A DNA stretch of 64,000 bases. Origin: Vicugna vicugna. Taxonomy: Eukaryota. Numbering within the stretch: the first letter of the stretch is position 1; the number at the start of each line of letters is the position of its first letter. Under the pieces are notes generated by a model. It saw only the letters and a list, made by a program, of their open reading frames with translations. It did no database searches and was not told the DNA's origin. Shown here piece after piece: positions 1-10,206 of the stretch. The stretch spans positions 3,100,001 through 3,164,000 of the forward strand of contig MU058221.1 in NCBI GenBank assembly GCA_013265495.1, read 5' to 3'. The position numbers were made by a program, and so were the translations under genes.

Positions 1-415
1 GCCTCCGATCTTCTGCCTCCGCTCTCAGTGTGAGCAGCATTTCGGGAAAAATAACACAAGTAGCAGGCGTCTCTACCTCCTCCGACTTGAAGCCAGCCAC
101 CCGCAGATCACGAGGCTGATCACGCTGTCCCTTGTGGCCCCAGCTCCTCCTTGTAATTTTTTCCCTTAGCTTCAGCCCCTCATTACAAGTTCTCATCATC
201 TTTCCTGTTCTCTCCCCTTCCGTCACCAAACCTCGTTTTCAGAAAAGCACGCAGATGGCCACCCACTGCTCACGGTGAGATGAAATCCCCACTCCGCTTC
301 TCTCGTAGGGAGTTCACACCTCCATGTCCAGCTCGCTCTGTCCAGCGGGGTTCGGCCCCAGATAAATGGAGAAGGAAACACCTGGAAAGTCATCACGTTG
401 TGATGACAGTAGTCC

Positions 416-1061
416 TGTCACTGGTGGATGTAACCAGTGTCCAGGTTCTCGTCCCGCCCAGAAAGAACTCAGAGGCAAGACACGGTGGCTAAAAGTAAAG
501 TGAGGATTTATTAAGGGATGGACAGGACACTGTCAAGGGGAGAGCGGACAGGCTCAGGGGAGTGGCTGCCCTGAGTTTCTTTGGCAAGTTGGTCACATAG
601 AATGTAAAAATGAATGGGCAGAATATTCACTGGGGAGGGAAGGGTTTGGGGTCACATTCCCTGATTTTCATCCCAGCGCCACCTCCTCAAAGGGAGGGGG
701 GATTTTTGTCCTTATTTAGTCTGGATTGGAAGTGTCCTGGCGTTGGTGCATGATGGGTACTTCTGATCTGCAAGGCTAATTTTATTGAAATGAGGGCAGA
801 ATGAGCAAAAGGTCACATTCAGACCCTGGAGATTCCTGCCTTTTCTCATCTTTCTTTGTTGGTCTCCAGGCCACTCATCACCCCAAAAGGTGTGACCACT
901 TATCAGCCCAGAGGTTCCTGGTTTTTCTCCTCTGCCCAGGGACCCCTGGTGCTCACATGATGTGTGCATTTCGCCTGTGCCCCTCCTTTCTGCCCAGGTC
1001 CTGCCATTTGGCCTGCGCCCCGCTTTCTCGGCTCACACCTAGCTCTCTGCCTGCTCTGACA
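416..1061 (-). mobile_element. Solo LTR, ERV1-like family (copy A)
   Basis: TG...CA termini (TGTCA at 416, TGACA ending 1061); perfect 4-bp TSD GTCC at 412-415 and 1062-1065; AATAAA on the minus strand (TTTATT 507-512); reverse complement aligns along its length with 6648-7390. A 4-bp TSD is typical of ERV1/gamma-like integrases. Confidence 0.9.
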
Positions 1062-1627
1062 GTCCCAGCCCTCCGCCTTCACTGTCTCCTCTTCCACCTT
1101 GGGAACCTTACTTGACACTATCCCTACACTGGCAACTTTGACTCCAAAAGACTTGATGACTTGAATTGATGATTATCAATTCACTGCTAGTCATGTGATA
1201 ATTAAACTGAGCTTAAGAGTTCAAAATGATATTCCTGATCTATTTTTTGGCTACAATGTCTCTCTTTCCCCTTCTCTGTTAAAAACATAGTTCCTCAAAT
1301 AATAACTTGAAGGAAGAATGGTGAGGCCCACTCTGTATGCATAAGTAATGCAGGACCGCTCGCCACTCATGGATCAGTAGTTCTCAGATATTCACCTTTA
1401 ACTGACAGACTTTTATTTCTTTTTGAAATAAAAACATCAGCAAGGGAACAGACTTCATAGATTTCACATTTTGCTCTTTCCTCTCTCCCTGGCTGAATTT
1501 CCACTGAGAAAAGTCGTCAAGACCCCCAAAGTGACATGATTGCAAGTGGGATGGAAAATCACACATGAAATTTTGAGAGTCAGCTTCCTATTATGTCTTC
1601 CCTTTCTCCCTACAAAGTCTCTGGGAA

Positions 1628-1649
1628 ACACACACACACACACACACAT
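1628..1649. repeat. (CA)n microsatellite
   Basis: Read directly from the sequence. Confidence 0.9.
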
Positions 1650-1920
1650 ACAAAACCATTTGTAATTTGGAGATAAGCAGCTGTGTTTGGGACAATGTAA
1701 TTACTAAAACACTCTCCACTGTGAGCAAAGAAATGTGGCTGTGACAGTTTGTATCAATCCATGTGTTTATTGGAACGGCTGTGGGCTGCAGTATATGTTT
1801 ATCAATCTGCATATGCAAATCGGGCTGTTGAGCACACCGCGTCATCTGTGTCGGTGGCAGAGGTCTCTTGTCTCTAAAAATAGGAATAGAAACCTAGTTG
1901 TACAAGAATTCATCCTACAG

Positions 1921-2787
1921 ATGAACATAGGCAAAACATTATCTGACGTACATTTCAAAAATTTTCTCCTAGAAGAAATAAAAGCAAGAATAAACAAATG
2001 GGACCTAATGAAACTTACAAGCTTCTGCAGAGCAAAGGAAACCAGAAATAAAACAAGAAGAAAACCTACGGAATGGGAGAAAATTTTTGCAAGTGAAACC
2101 GACAAAGGCTTGATCTCCAAAATATATAAGCAGCTCATACGACTCAATAAGAAAAAAATAAACAACCCAATCCAAAAATGGGCAGAAGACCTAAACAAGC
2201 AATTCTCCAAGGAAGACATACAAATGATCAAAAAGCACATGAAAAAATACTCAATATCACTAATTATCAGAGAAATGCAAATCAAAACTACCATGAGGTA
2301 TCACCTCACACCAGTCAGAATGGCCGTCATTCAAAAATCCAAAAATGACAAATGCTGGAGAGGCTGTGGAGAAAGGGGAACCCTCCTACACTGCTGGTGG
2401 GAATGCAGTTTGGTGCAGCCACTATGGAAAACAGTGTGGAGATTCCTCAAAAGACTAGGAATAGACTTACCATATGACCCAGGAATCCCACTCCTGGGCT
2501 TGTATCCAGAAGGAAATCTACTTCAGGATGACACCTGCACTCCAATGTTCATAGCAGCACTATTTACAATAGCCAAAACATGGAAACAGCCTAAATGTCC
2601 ATCAACAGGTGACTGGATAAAGAAGATGTGGTATATTTATACAATGGAATACTACTCAGCCATAAAAACCGACAACATAACGCCATTTGCAGCAACATGG
2701 ATGCTCCTGGAGAATGTCATTCTAAGTGAAGTAAGCCAGAAAGAGAAAGAAAAATACCATATGAGATCGCTCATATGTGGAATCTAA
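1921..2787 (+). pseudogene. L1 ORF2p C-terminal fragment (288 codons, frame uninterrupted; no endonuclease or RT domain)
   Basis: Hallmark L1 ORF2 motifs [32 protein letters not shown], the Cys-rich [18 protein letters not shown] and [18 protein letters not shown]. It is part of the 1735..2787 ORF, whose first 62 codons lie in flanking host DNA. Confidence 0.9.
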
Positions 2788-3061
2788 AGACTCATGGACA
2801 GCGAATACAGACTTGTGGTTACCAGGGGGGTAGAGGGTGGGAAGGGATAGACTGGGATTTCAAAATTGTAGAATAGATAAACAAGATTACACTGTATAGC
2901 ACAGGGAAATATACACAAAATGTTTTGATAAGTCACAGAGAAAAAAATGTGACAATGAGTGTGTATATGTCCATGAATGACTGAAAAATTGTGCTGAACA
3001 CTGGAATTTAACACAACATTGTAAAATGATTATAAATCAATAAAAAAATGTTAAAAAAAAA
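1921..3061 (+). mobile_element. Young 5'-truncated LINE-1 (end of ORF2, 3' UTR, A-tail)
   Basis: Perfect 17-bp TSD AAGAATTCATCCTACAG at 1904-1920 and 3062-3078; AATAAA at 3039-3044 followed by an A-rich tail; G-rich 3' UTR tract at 2825-2846; translation is L1 ORF2. Confidence 0.97.
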
Positions 3062-4084
3062 AAGAATTCATCCTACAGCCCTCTTTGGAATGTAGATTTG
3101 CCTATGACGACATGACAAAGGCGAGCAGGGCCCCTTAAGGCATTCCCAGCCCTGGATGTTTCATAGACAGAGAGAAAGAGACACGGCACAAGCTATTGCA
3201 CTTGCCAAACCAAACCAGGTGGGTGTTCACCTCACTGGTGACAGCCTGGGGCTGGGTTTTTTTTTCCTGTGCAAAACTCCCAGCATGTCAGAAAGTTACA
3301 GACCGAAGTCTGTTGCCTCTGGCGTATTTGTAAGGTAAACAATTAAAATAGAGCTTTTGCAGTGTTTACAGTGTAGAGAGGTTTACATTGTACTTTTTTG
3401 TAGCAAAATAAACATGGCAGATGTTTATAAGAAATAAATCAGAGTTCGAACAATGTCCCTGACCTTAAGGTACCATGGAAGGAATTTAGAAAAACAGAGG
3501 AAAAGTTCAGCTCCTCTTTCCAATTTCCAGTTCCTTTCCCCAGGATTTCCCTCCTCGAGTGCAGTCTCTACACAGAAGCCAGAGTGACCTTTATAAAACT
3601 CAAACTGATCGAGCCATCGCTGCTTAAAAATGTTCAGTGGGCTCCCACTGTATTTAAAATGCCGAATCACAGAATAGCCTTCAGCAGCCTTCACTGCTCC
3701 CTCCGCCTGGATGCTCACTGCCTCTCTTGGCACAGCTGGCTTCTTCCTCCTCCTCCTTCTCCTTCTCCCTCCAGGTGGAGACCGGAATGTGTAAAGGAAG
3801 CCTGCCCTAAAACCCTTCATCCACTTTCCGTCTTAGCGCCCGGATTGCTTTCCTGTAATTTTATGTAACTTTTAATTACACATGCATACCTGTGGTGTCT
3901 CCTGCTCACTAATACCCTTCCTCTCGCCTGTGCAATTGCATTTATTGTCAGAACCCTACGTGTTTATTCACCTGCAGCCTCAGTCCTACCATATTACACT
4001 CAGTGCCCTTGTCCCTGGGACTCAGTGATGAAAAGCACTGTCTTTGTCCTCCAATAGCGTGTTCTGGGTTTTAAAAAAATTCTA

Positions 4085-4720
4085 TTAATTTATTCACACT
4101 ATTTGTTGAATCTAATATGCATTAAACTCAAGTGCTAGGTCCTTGGGATGCGTTTATAGGAACATCAGACAAATTCTGGCTTTTATGAAGGGTTTATTTG
4201 CAAAGAAAAAAAAAGACAAATAATCACCTGCAAGAAAATCAATTCCAATTTGGACAAGTGCTTCAAGGAGTTCAGAGTCCTAGGACTGCATGTAAACCTG
4301 CCCTCGTCCTGAACGATGAGAAGGACTTGCTAAGAAAGGGGGAGAGAGTTCTCTAGAACAGGTGGTGAGAAAGCTCTGAAACAGGGACGTGCATAGTGTG
4401 TTCAGAGTCACGATGGGGGCAGGGAACTACAGCAGAAAGGGCCAGAAAGGGAAGAATGGTGAAACATTAGCTGAAAATGATGCATGTATCAGACGCAGCA
4501 GTCCTCAGCAGGCTGCCCCGAAGAATTAGAATACAGTAAAACAGCAAGAGGAGGTCACACAAGCGAGTGATGAGATTTTTGTTCCTAAAAGATTATTATC
4601 ATTTTTTCTTTTTCTCTGTTAGAGTTGATCAAGTGAGGGTTAGAGTATCTTAAGCATCTGCATCTCCCTCAGTGCCTGACACACGGCAGGCGCACAAAAC
4701 AGATTTGCTTAATGAATGAC
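4085..4720. mobile_element. Degraded L2 (LINE-2) fragments
   Basis: L2-like 3'-end motifs TTTATTCACAC-TATTTGTTGA (about 4090) and AGTGCCTGACACACGGCAGGCGCACAAAA...TGAATGA (about 4670-4720). Confidence 0.55.
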
Positions 4721-4773
4721 GGAAACAATGCAGGGAGAAAGTATGGCTTCCCACAAAGACTGTACGATTCTTG

Positions 4774-5016
4774 TATTTTCTAGGTGAAGCAGAGCCAGTT
4801 ACGATGTGTCAGTTTCTGGTGCGCAGCACAATGTCCCAGTCCTACATATACATACGTATATTTGTTTTCATGTTCTCTTCCATTAAAGGCTATTACAAGA
4901 TACTGAATATAGTTCTGTGTGCTATATGGAAGAAATTTGTTTTTTTATCTATTTTTATATATAGTAGTTAATATTTGTAAATCTTGAACTCCCAAATTTA
5001 TCCCTTCCCACCCCAT
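4774..5016 (-). mobile_element. L1 3'-end fragment
   Basis: Homologous to the copies at 9795, 19693 and 36984; flanked by an imperfect TSD ACTGTACGATTCTTG (4759-4773) / ACTGTAAGATTTTTG (5017-5031), 13 of 15 matching. Confidence 0.85.
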
Positions 5017-6647
5017 ACTGTAAGATTTTTGAGGATAGGAAATGTGGGGTCGTTTTGGTGGACTTGACTTCCCTCCTCTTGACTCAACAAGAAAATATAT
5101 GTGACAGCAGACTTCCTATGTATTTGCTAGATTAGTATGATTTTTACTTTTTCCATCTCCCAATTGTGCCAGTATTTCTCCAAACCCTTAGATCATAAAG
5201 GTAGCTCCCACTCTGTGTGATGCTCCAATTCTTGCTGCTTCTGGAAATTGGAAATGAATTCATAAGAGGACACGGCAGAAAGAAAACAAAATAGTCTTTC
5301 ACCGCCAACAGCTGCACAGACACATGGGTAGGTTCCCACGCGAAGCAGACAGGGGAGGTGGGGGAATGCTATAGTGAATCCGCCCTGTGCCTCTCGCCTG
5401 GTTTGGACGATCCCTGACTTCATTTCCTGTAATCACTGGAATTGCACATTTGCTTAAGCGTGTGTGCAACAGCATGTGACAAGTGCATGGAAATTGGCGG
5501 TCTGGTCGTTTCCATGCCAGTCGATACTCCCTTCCACTCAACTAGCATGAGTTCTATGGTTTTAGTGTCTACTTACTGGTTCTGCCATTTTGCTCTAAAA
5601 CCTAAGTGTTGCACTTTCAAGCTGCGTCATCATCGCTTTATTAGCGGTGGAAATAACTTGTAAAATGTTGTGGGGATGTGCTTGCCAATGGCCCTAGTGT
5701 GAGACAAATGAAACATTCTAACCCCGTGAGACTTAAAGGCCACGATTCCTTTTATTTCATGTAGTCAAATCTTCTTTCATCAGAGACAACAATTCACTGA
5801 ATGTTGGTAAAAGTCAGATTTTTTTGGTCTCCTGTGTTCAATTGTGCTCTTTATATTCCTGGGAGTTTCACTTGGTTCATTGTTTCCTCCCTGTTCCCCT
5901 TTCCTAATGTTTCTTTTTGCATTTTGTGAGATAGAATGTATCTCAGGGCATGTATTTTTTAACTGAAGGAAGGGCAACCTGTTGTTTTCAAAGGGCCTCC
6001 GCTGACTGGGTTTGCAGTGGTGGCACTGTCAGTGTAGAGGGGAGAATTTAATTTAATCTGTGAAGTCCTACCAGAAAAGCTTAACTGTAAGTTTTCACTT
6101 CACTGAGATCACCTTGGGTCGGCACGAAATTTTTCCTCTTTATCTCCTGATGTTAATCTCTACTCGGTGGTCAGTACCTTAGCTTTGTGCCCAGTGTCAT
6201 CCCCGTGGACCTGTGCCAGCTGTCCTGTAATCTGGGGTTTTGATTCAGTCAGCCATCCTCTTTCCACCTTGTGGACCTGGTCCCTCCTGTAGCCACCAAT
6301 GCTGATAAGGAGAAGGGTTCTCACCTTACCTGTATGACAAATTTTTAGTAGTCTGTTAAAGGGAAGGCCTCTCCTAATTTTTCTTACAATTCTCTTTTGT
6401 GAAAAAAGTAAGTGTCATCTCATTCTTAGATTGGGGCAGAAACAATGATAACATATATTTATGAACCCAGCTTCATTTTTTTTCAACCAGGAATCAGCTT
6501 GCTTCTAAGATTGAGGATAAGTGAATTCTCCCTTTATGTGTGAAGCATTGTCCGCAGAGTTGGGACTGGTGTTTTCCTGGCAGTGTTCATTAGATACTTT
6601 TGTGGGCCCCTGTGGAGTTCTCCTATTATTTATGTGAGAGGACCTAA

Positions 6648-7390
6648 TGTCAGAGCAGGCAGACAGCTAGATCTGAGTAGAGAAAGGGAAACACAGGACA
6701 AATGGCAGGACCTGGGCAGAAAGGAGGGGCACAGGCCAAATGCAGGAAACCACACATCGTGTGAGCACCAGGGGTCCCTGGGCAGAGAAAGGAAAGCAGG
6801 AACCTCTGGGCTGATAAAGGGTCACACCTTTTGGGGTGATGAGTGGCCTGGAGGCTGACAAAAAAAGGTGGGAAAAGGCAGGAATCTCCAGGGTCTGAAT
6901 GTGACCTTTTGCTCACTATGCCCTCATTTCAATAAAATCAGCCTTGCAGATCAGATACTTCTGATCATGCACAGACGCCAGGACACTTCCAATCCAGACT
7001 AAATAAGGACAAAAATCCCTCCTCCCTTTGGGAAGGTGCAGTTGGGATGATAATCAGGGAATATGACCCCAAACCCTTCCCTAATAAGGACAAAAATCCC
7101 TCCTCCCTTTGGGAAGGTGGAGTTGAGATGATAATCAGGGAATATGACCCCAAACCCTTCCCTCCCCCCCCAATGAATATTCCGCCCATTCATTTTTACA
7201 CCCTATGTGACCAACTTGCCAAAGAAACTCAAGGCAGCATCTCCCCTGAGCCTGCCCGCCCTCCCCCTGAGAGTGTCCTGTTCATCCCTTAATAAATCCT
7301 CACTTCACTTTTTTAACCACTGTGTCTTGTCTCTGAGTTCTTTCTGGGGCGGGACGAGAACCTGGACACTGGCTACATTTGCCAGCATCA
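6648..7390 (+). mobile_element. Solo LTR, ERV1-like family (copy B), with internal 81-bp tandem duplication
   Basis: Starts TGTCAGAGCAGGC at 6648 and ends ...GCATCA at 7390; flanks CTAA/CTAC (3 of 4 TSD match); AATAAA at 7291-7296; homologous to the reverse complement of 416-1061. Confidence 0.9.
7002..7163 (+). repeat. Two-copy 81-bp tandem repeat inside LTR copy B
   Basis: AATAAGGACAAAAATCCCTCCTCCCTTTGGGAAGGTG...CCCCAAACCCTTCCCT starts at 7002 and again at 7083; two substitutions seen between units; LTR copy A has a single unit. Confidence 0.95.
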
Positions 7391-8992
7391 CTACCACTCA
7401 CCTTGGGAAGTAAACCTCCAGGGACCTTCTGCTCTGCTCTGATGGGCCACATGTGGACACGGGCTGAGACTTCCATGGGATTCTCGTGGTAAAATTTCTG
7501 CTCAACTAAAAGGAGAAAAAAACTAATTTTATCTGATTACATCTGCATTTCCAAAATAAAGGTTTGACTGATTGCTTTTCATCACGTTTATTTTGTTTGA
7601 TGTCAGATTGATATTTTCATCGTTGGACCAGAGGCCCTTTTCCAGAGGAAAAAAAAAAAAAATCACCCTAAGATCGTGCAAAGAAGCCAATTCTCTTGCA
7701 GTTTAAATGCTTGGTGACAAACCAACCACATGAAAAGATAAACCCGTAAAGAAGGATCATGTCTGTAACCAAAGTGAAGCTGTACATTTGTCTAAACAGA
7801 ATGGATTTACTAGATTTTCAGAAGTACTGTTCCCTGTTTCGAGAGGAAGTAAGACCAAAGCATATGTGATTGTCGGTAAGTTTGGCCTTGATTTTTCTCT
7901 GCATGTTCATTTCCATTCAGAATTTTTCTGCTGGCCTCACAGATCATACCTTCTCATGGCAGAGAGCATGGCCCAACACAGGGAAGGCCCCTGAGGATTA
8001 CCTGGGCAAACCTGCTGATTAGACATATTAAAAGAGGATAGGAAGTAAGTGCGTAGAAGTATTCACAGTAAAACAGTTTTGTTCCAATTTATGGACTTCT
8101 TTACAGCCACTCTGTCTCCTTCCACAAAGTAATAACACAAGACATAAACTAGAAGGAAGAAAAGGAAAAAAGCAAACAAAATAGAGGAAATATATCTTGG
8201 TTTCATTTGCGTCAAGGCAGCAATAAACTGGAAAATATATTCAGCTAAGGTGCTATTTGGGTTTTATTTATAAAGGCTACCATCTCCGACCTAATGTTCA
8301 TTAGCTTTGTCCTTGTTGCCTGGTTACAGGTTTATAATTTTTGTCTCTCTTGTTGCTGATGGCCCTAATGGAGCTTGCAGCAGCCGAGGGCCTGATGAAA
8401 GCACTTTAAATCTCTATTCAGAGATGCTGTTAACATTTGTGTGTGTGTGTGTGTCTGGTGCTGTCGATGACAATGATCTAGGGGAGGAACAGTATTTTAG
8501 AAAAATCAGGAGCAGCTCGGGGGTCTGAGATGGTCTGCGTTTGTGTCTGTTATTAAGCGCATTATTAAAAACTTTATAAGCAGGATGTGCTTATTAAAAA
8601 CAGCACTGAACTAGGTTAGTATTCTCTAGTGTTCTCCCTTAAATGTACCACATTTGAGGTGTGGTGATTATATTATTAAAGGGTTTCCTACCCGAAGGAT
8701 GCCAAGAATCACCTGCAGACTGAATAAATACAATGACAAAGTTATCTCAAAGTGAGAGAAACATTTAAAATCAAAATTGTGGTCCTGTAGTTGAATATTG
8801 ATACTGACAATACAGGGGGACGAATGATCAGATCTTGAAAAGCCTAATTTTAGAGGTTTGGGGCACACTGGTCTGGGGTGTCTTCAGGTTCTCAGGAGCA
8901 CTTCCCGCTGTATAAAAATCCCCATCTCTTGACAAACTATTTCTAGCAGAGTCAGAGGTATTAGGTGGCAAATGAGAGGCAAGTGGTTGATG

Positions 8993-9136
8993 AGTGGTTC
9001 TCTAAACGCAATTCCTAAACCAGCAGTAGCAACATCACCGAAACTTGTTAGAAATGCAGATTCTTTGGCTCCATCCTGGACCTATTGGGTCAAAAACTCG
9101 TGGGGGAGGGGAGCAGCAATCTGTGATTTAATAAGC
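8993..9136. mobile_element. MER5A-like hAT-Charlie element
   Basis: AGTGGTTCTC terminus, CAGCAGTAGCAACATCACC-GAAACTTGTTAGAAATGCAGATTCT, AGCAATCTGTG-TTTAATAAGC. Confidence 0.75.
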
Positions 9137-9180
9137 AGCCTGTGATAAGGTCTTGCTCTGATGTTTCGGGACCTCCAGAT

Positions 9181-9405
9181 CAAGGCGTCCCCACCTCTGC
9201 ACTGTGGACATTTTGGGCTGAATAATTCTCATAAGAGGCTTTTGTCCCTATGAGCACACTAGGAGGTTTAGAAACATCCCCGGACTCTAATTTCTGGATA
9301 CTGGTACAGCTCATCCCAATTGTGACAGCTGAAAATCCAAGCTGTGACCTTGCCCAGTGACTCCTGAGGGGAAAGAAAAGTCATCGCTCGGTCCAGAACC
9401 ACTGC
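9181..9405. mobile_element. MER20-like hAT-Charlie element
   Basis: GCACTGTGGACATTTTGGGCTGAATAATTCT, CCCAATTGTGACA and terminal AGAACCACTG match recalled MER20. Confidence 0.75.
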
Positions 9406-9409
9406 TCTA

Positions 9410-9790
9410 GGTCAAAAACCTTAAACTTCATTTAGGAACCCATTAAAAGTGAAGGTTTCTGTGCCCAAACCCTGCAATCTGAATTAGTAAGCATTTGGAA
9501 AGGCCCTAAGATCTGTAGCTTCAAAAGGGATCATCAGGTTACTGGTCCATGAGAAACCGAGCCTTTGAATCAATGGCTCACATTTAAAAAAAAAAAAATC
9601 TCTATGGGTGGGTAATTCAAATAGGCATCCATGTCTGAGCAACTGTTCTAACTCAGGAGTTTTCTATCCCGGGTGAACATTAGGATCCTCTGGGGAGCTT
9701 GTAAAACCCTCATGCCTGTGCCCTGTCGCAGAACAGTTACGTGAGGACCTCTGCATGTGGGGCTCTGGCGTTAGAAAAGTGACTCTCAGG
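9410..9790. mobile_element. Two further degraded MER5-like hAT fragments
   Basis: TCTGAATTAGTAAG...GGCCCTAAGATCTG (about 9480-9515) and ACATTAGGATCCTCTGGGGAGCTTGTAAAA (about 9678-9707). Confidence 0.5.
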
Positions 9791-9794
9791 CTTT

Positions 9795-9975
9795 GATGAG
9801 CATATAGTCAGTTACAATGTGTCAGTTTCTGGTGAACACCATCATGTCCCAGTCATGCATATATATACATGTATTTATTTTCGTGTTGCTTTTCATAAAG
9901 GTTATTACAAGATATTGAATATAGTTCCCTGTGCTATACAGAAGAAATTTGTTTTTATCTATTTTTATATATATT

Positions 9976-10031
<56 letters not shown>

Positions 10032-10206
10032 GTCATTAACATTTGCAAATCTCATACTCCTTAATTTATCCCTTCTCAACCCCTTTCCCCGGTAAGATTG
10101 TGTACTATGTTTCTGTTTTATAGATGAGTTCATTAGTGTCCTCTTTTTTCTTTTTTTCTTTTTTTAGATTCCACATATAAGTGATATCATATAGTATTTT
10201 TCTTTC
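9795..10206 (-). mobile_element. L1 3'-end fragment containing a (TCTA)n array
   Basis: Same 3' UTR as the 36984 copy; includes TTAGATTCCACATAT, the reverse complement of the end of ORF2. Confidence 0.85.
9977..10031. repeat. (TATC)n tetranucleotide microsatellite
   Basis: About 13 uninterrupted units read directly. Confidence 0.95.

Noticed and set aside
1842..2294. 150-aa hydrophobic minus-strand ORF
   Set aside because: It is the usual antisense shadow frame of L1 ORF2.
1735..2787. 350-aa ORF as a novel host gene
   Set aside because: 288 of its codons are L1 ORF2 inside a TSD-bounded insertion, and the listed start is a GTG in flanking DNA.
7002..7163. CRISPR-like or coding repeat
   Set aside because: Only two adjacent units with no spacers, inside a mammalian LTR.
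416..7390. One provirus or a large TIR transposon bounded by the two repeats
   Set aside because: The LTRs are inverted, each has its own TSD, and I saw no gag/pol/env or transposase between them.
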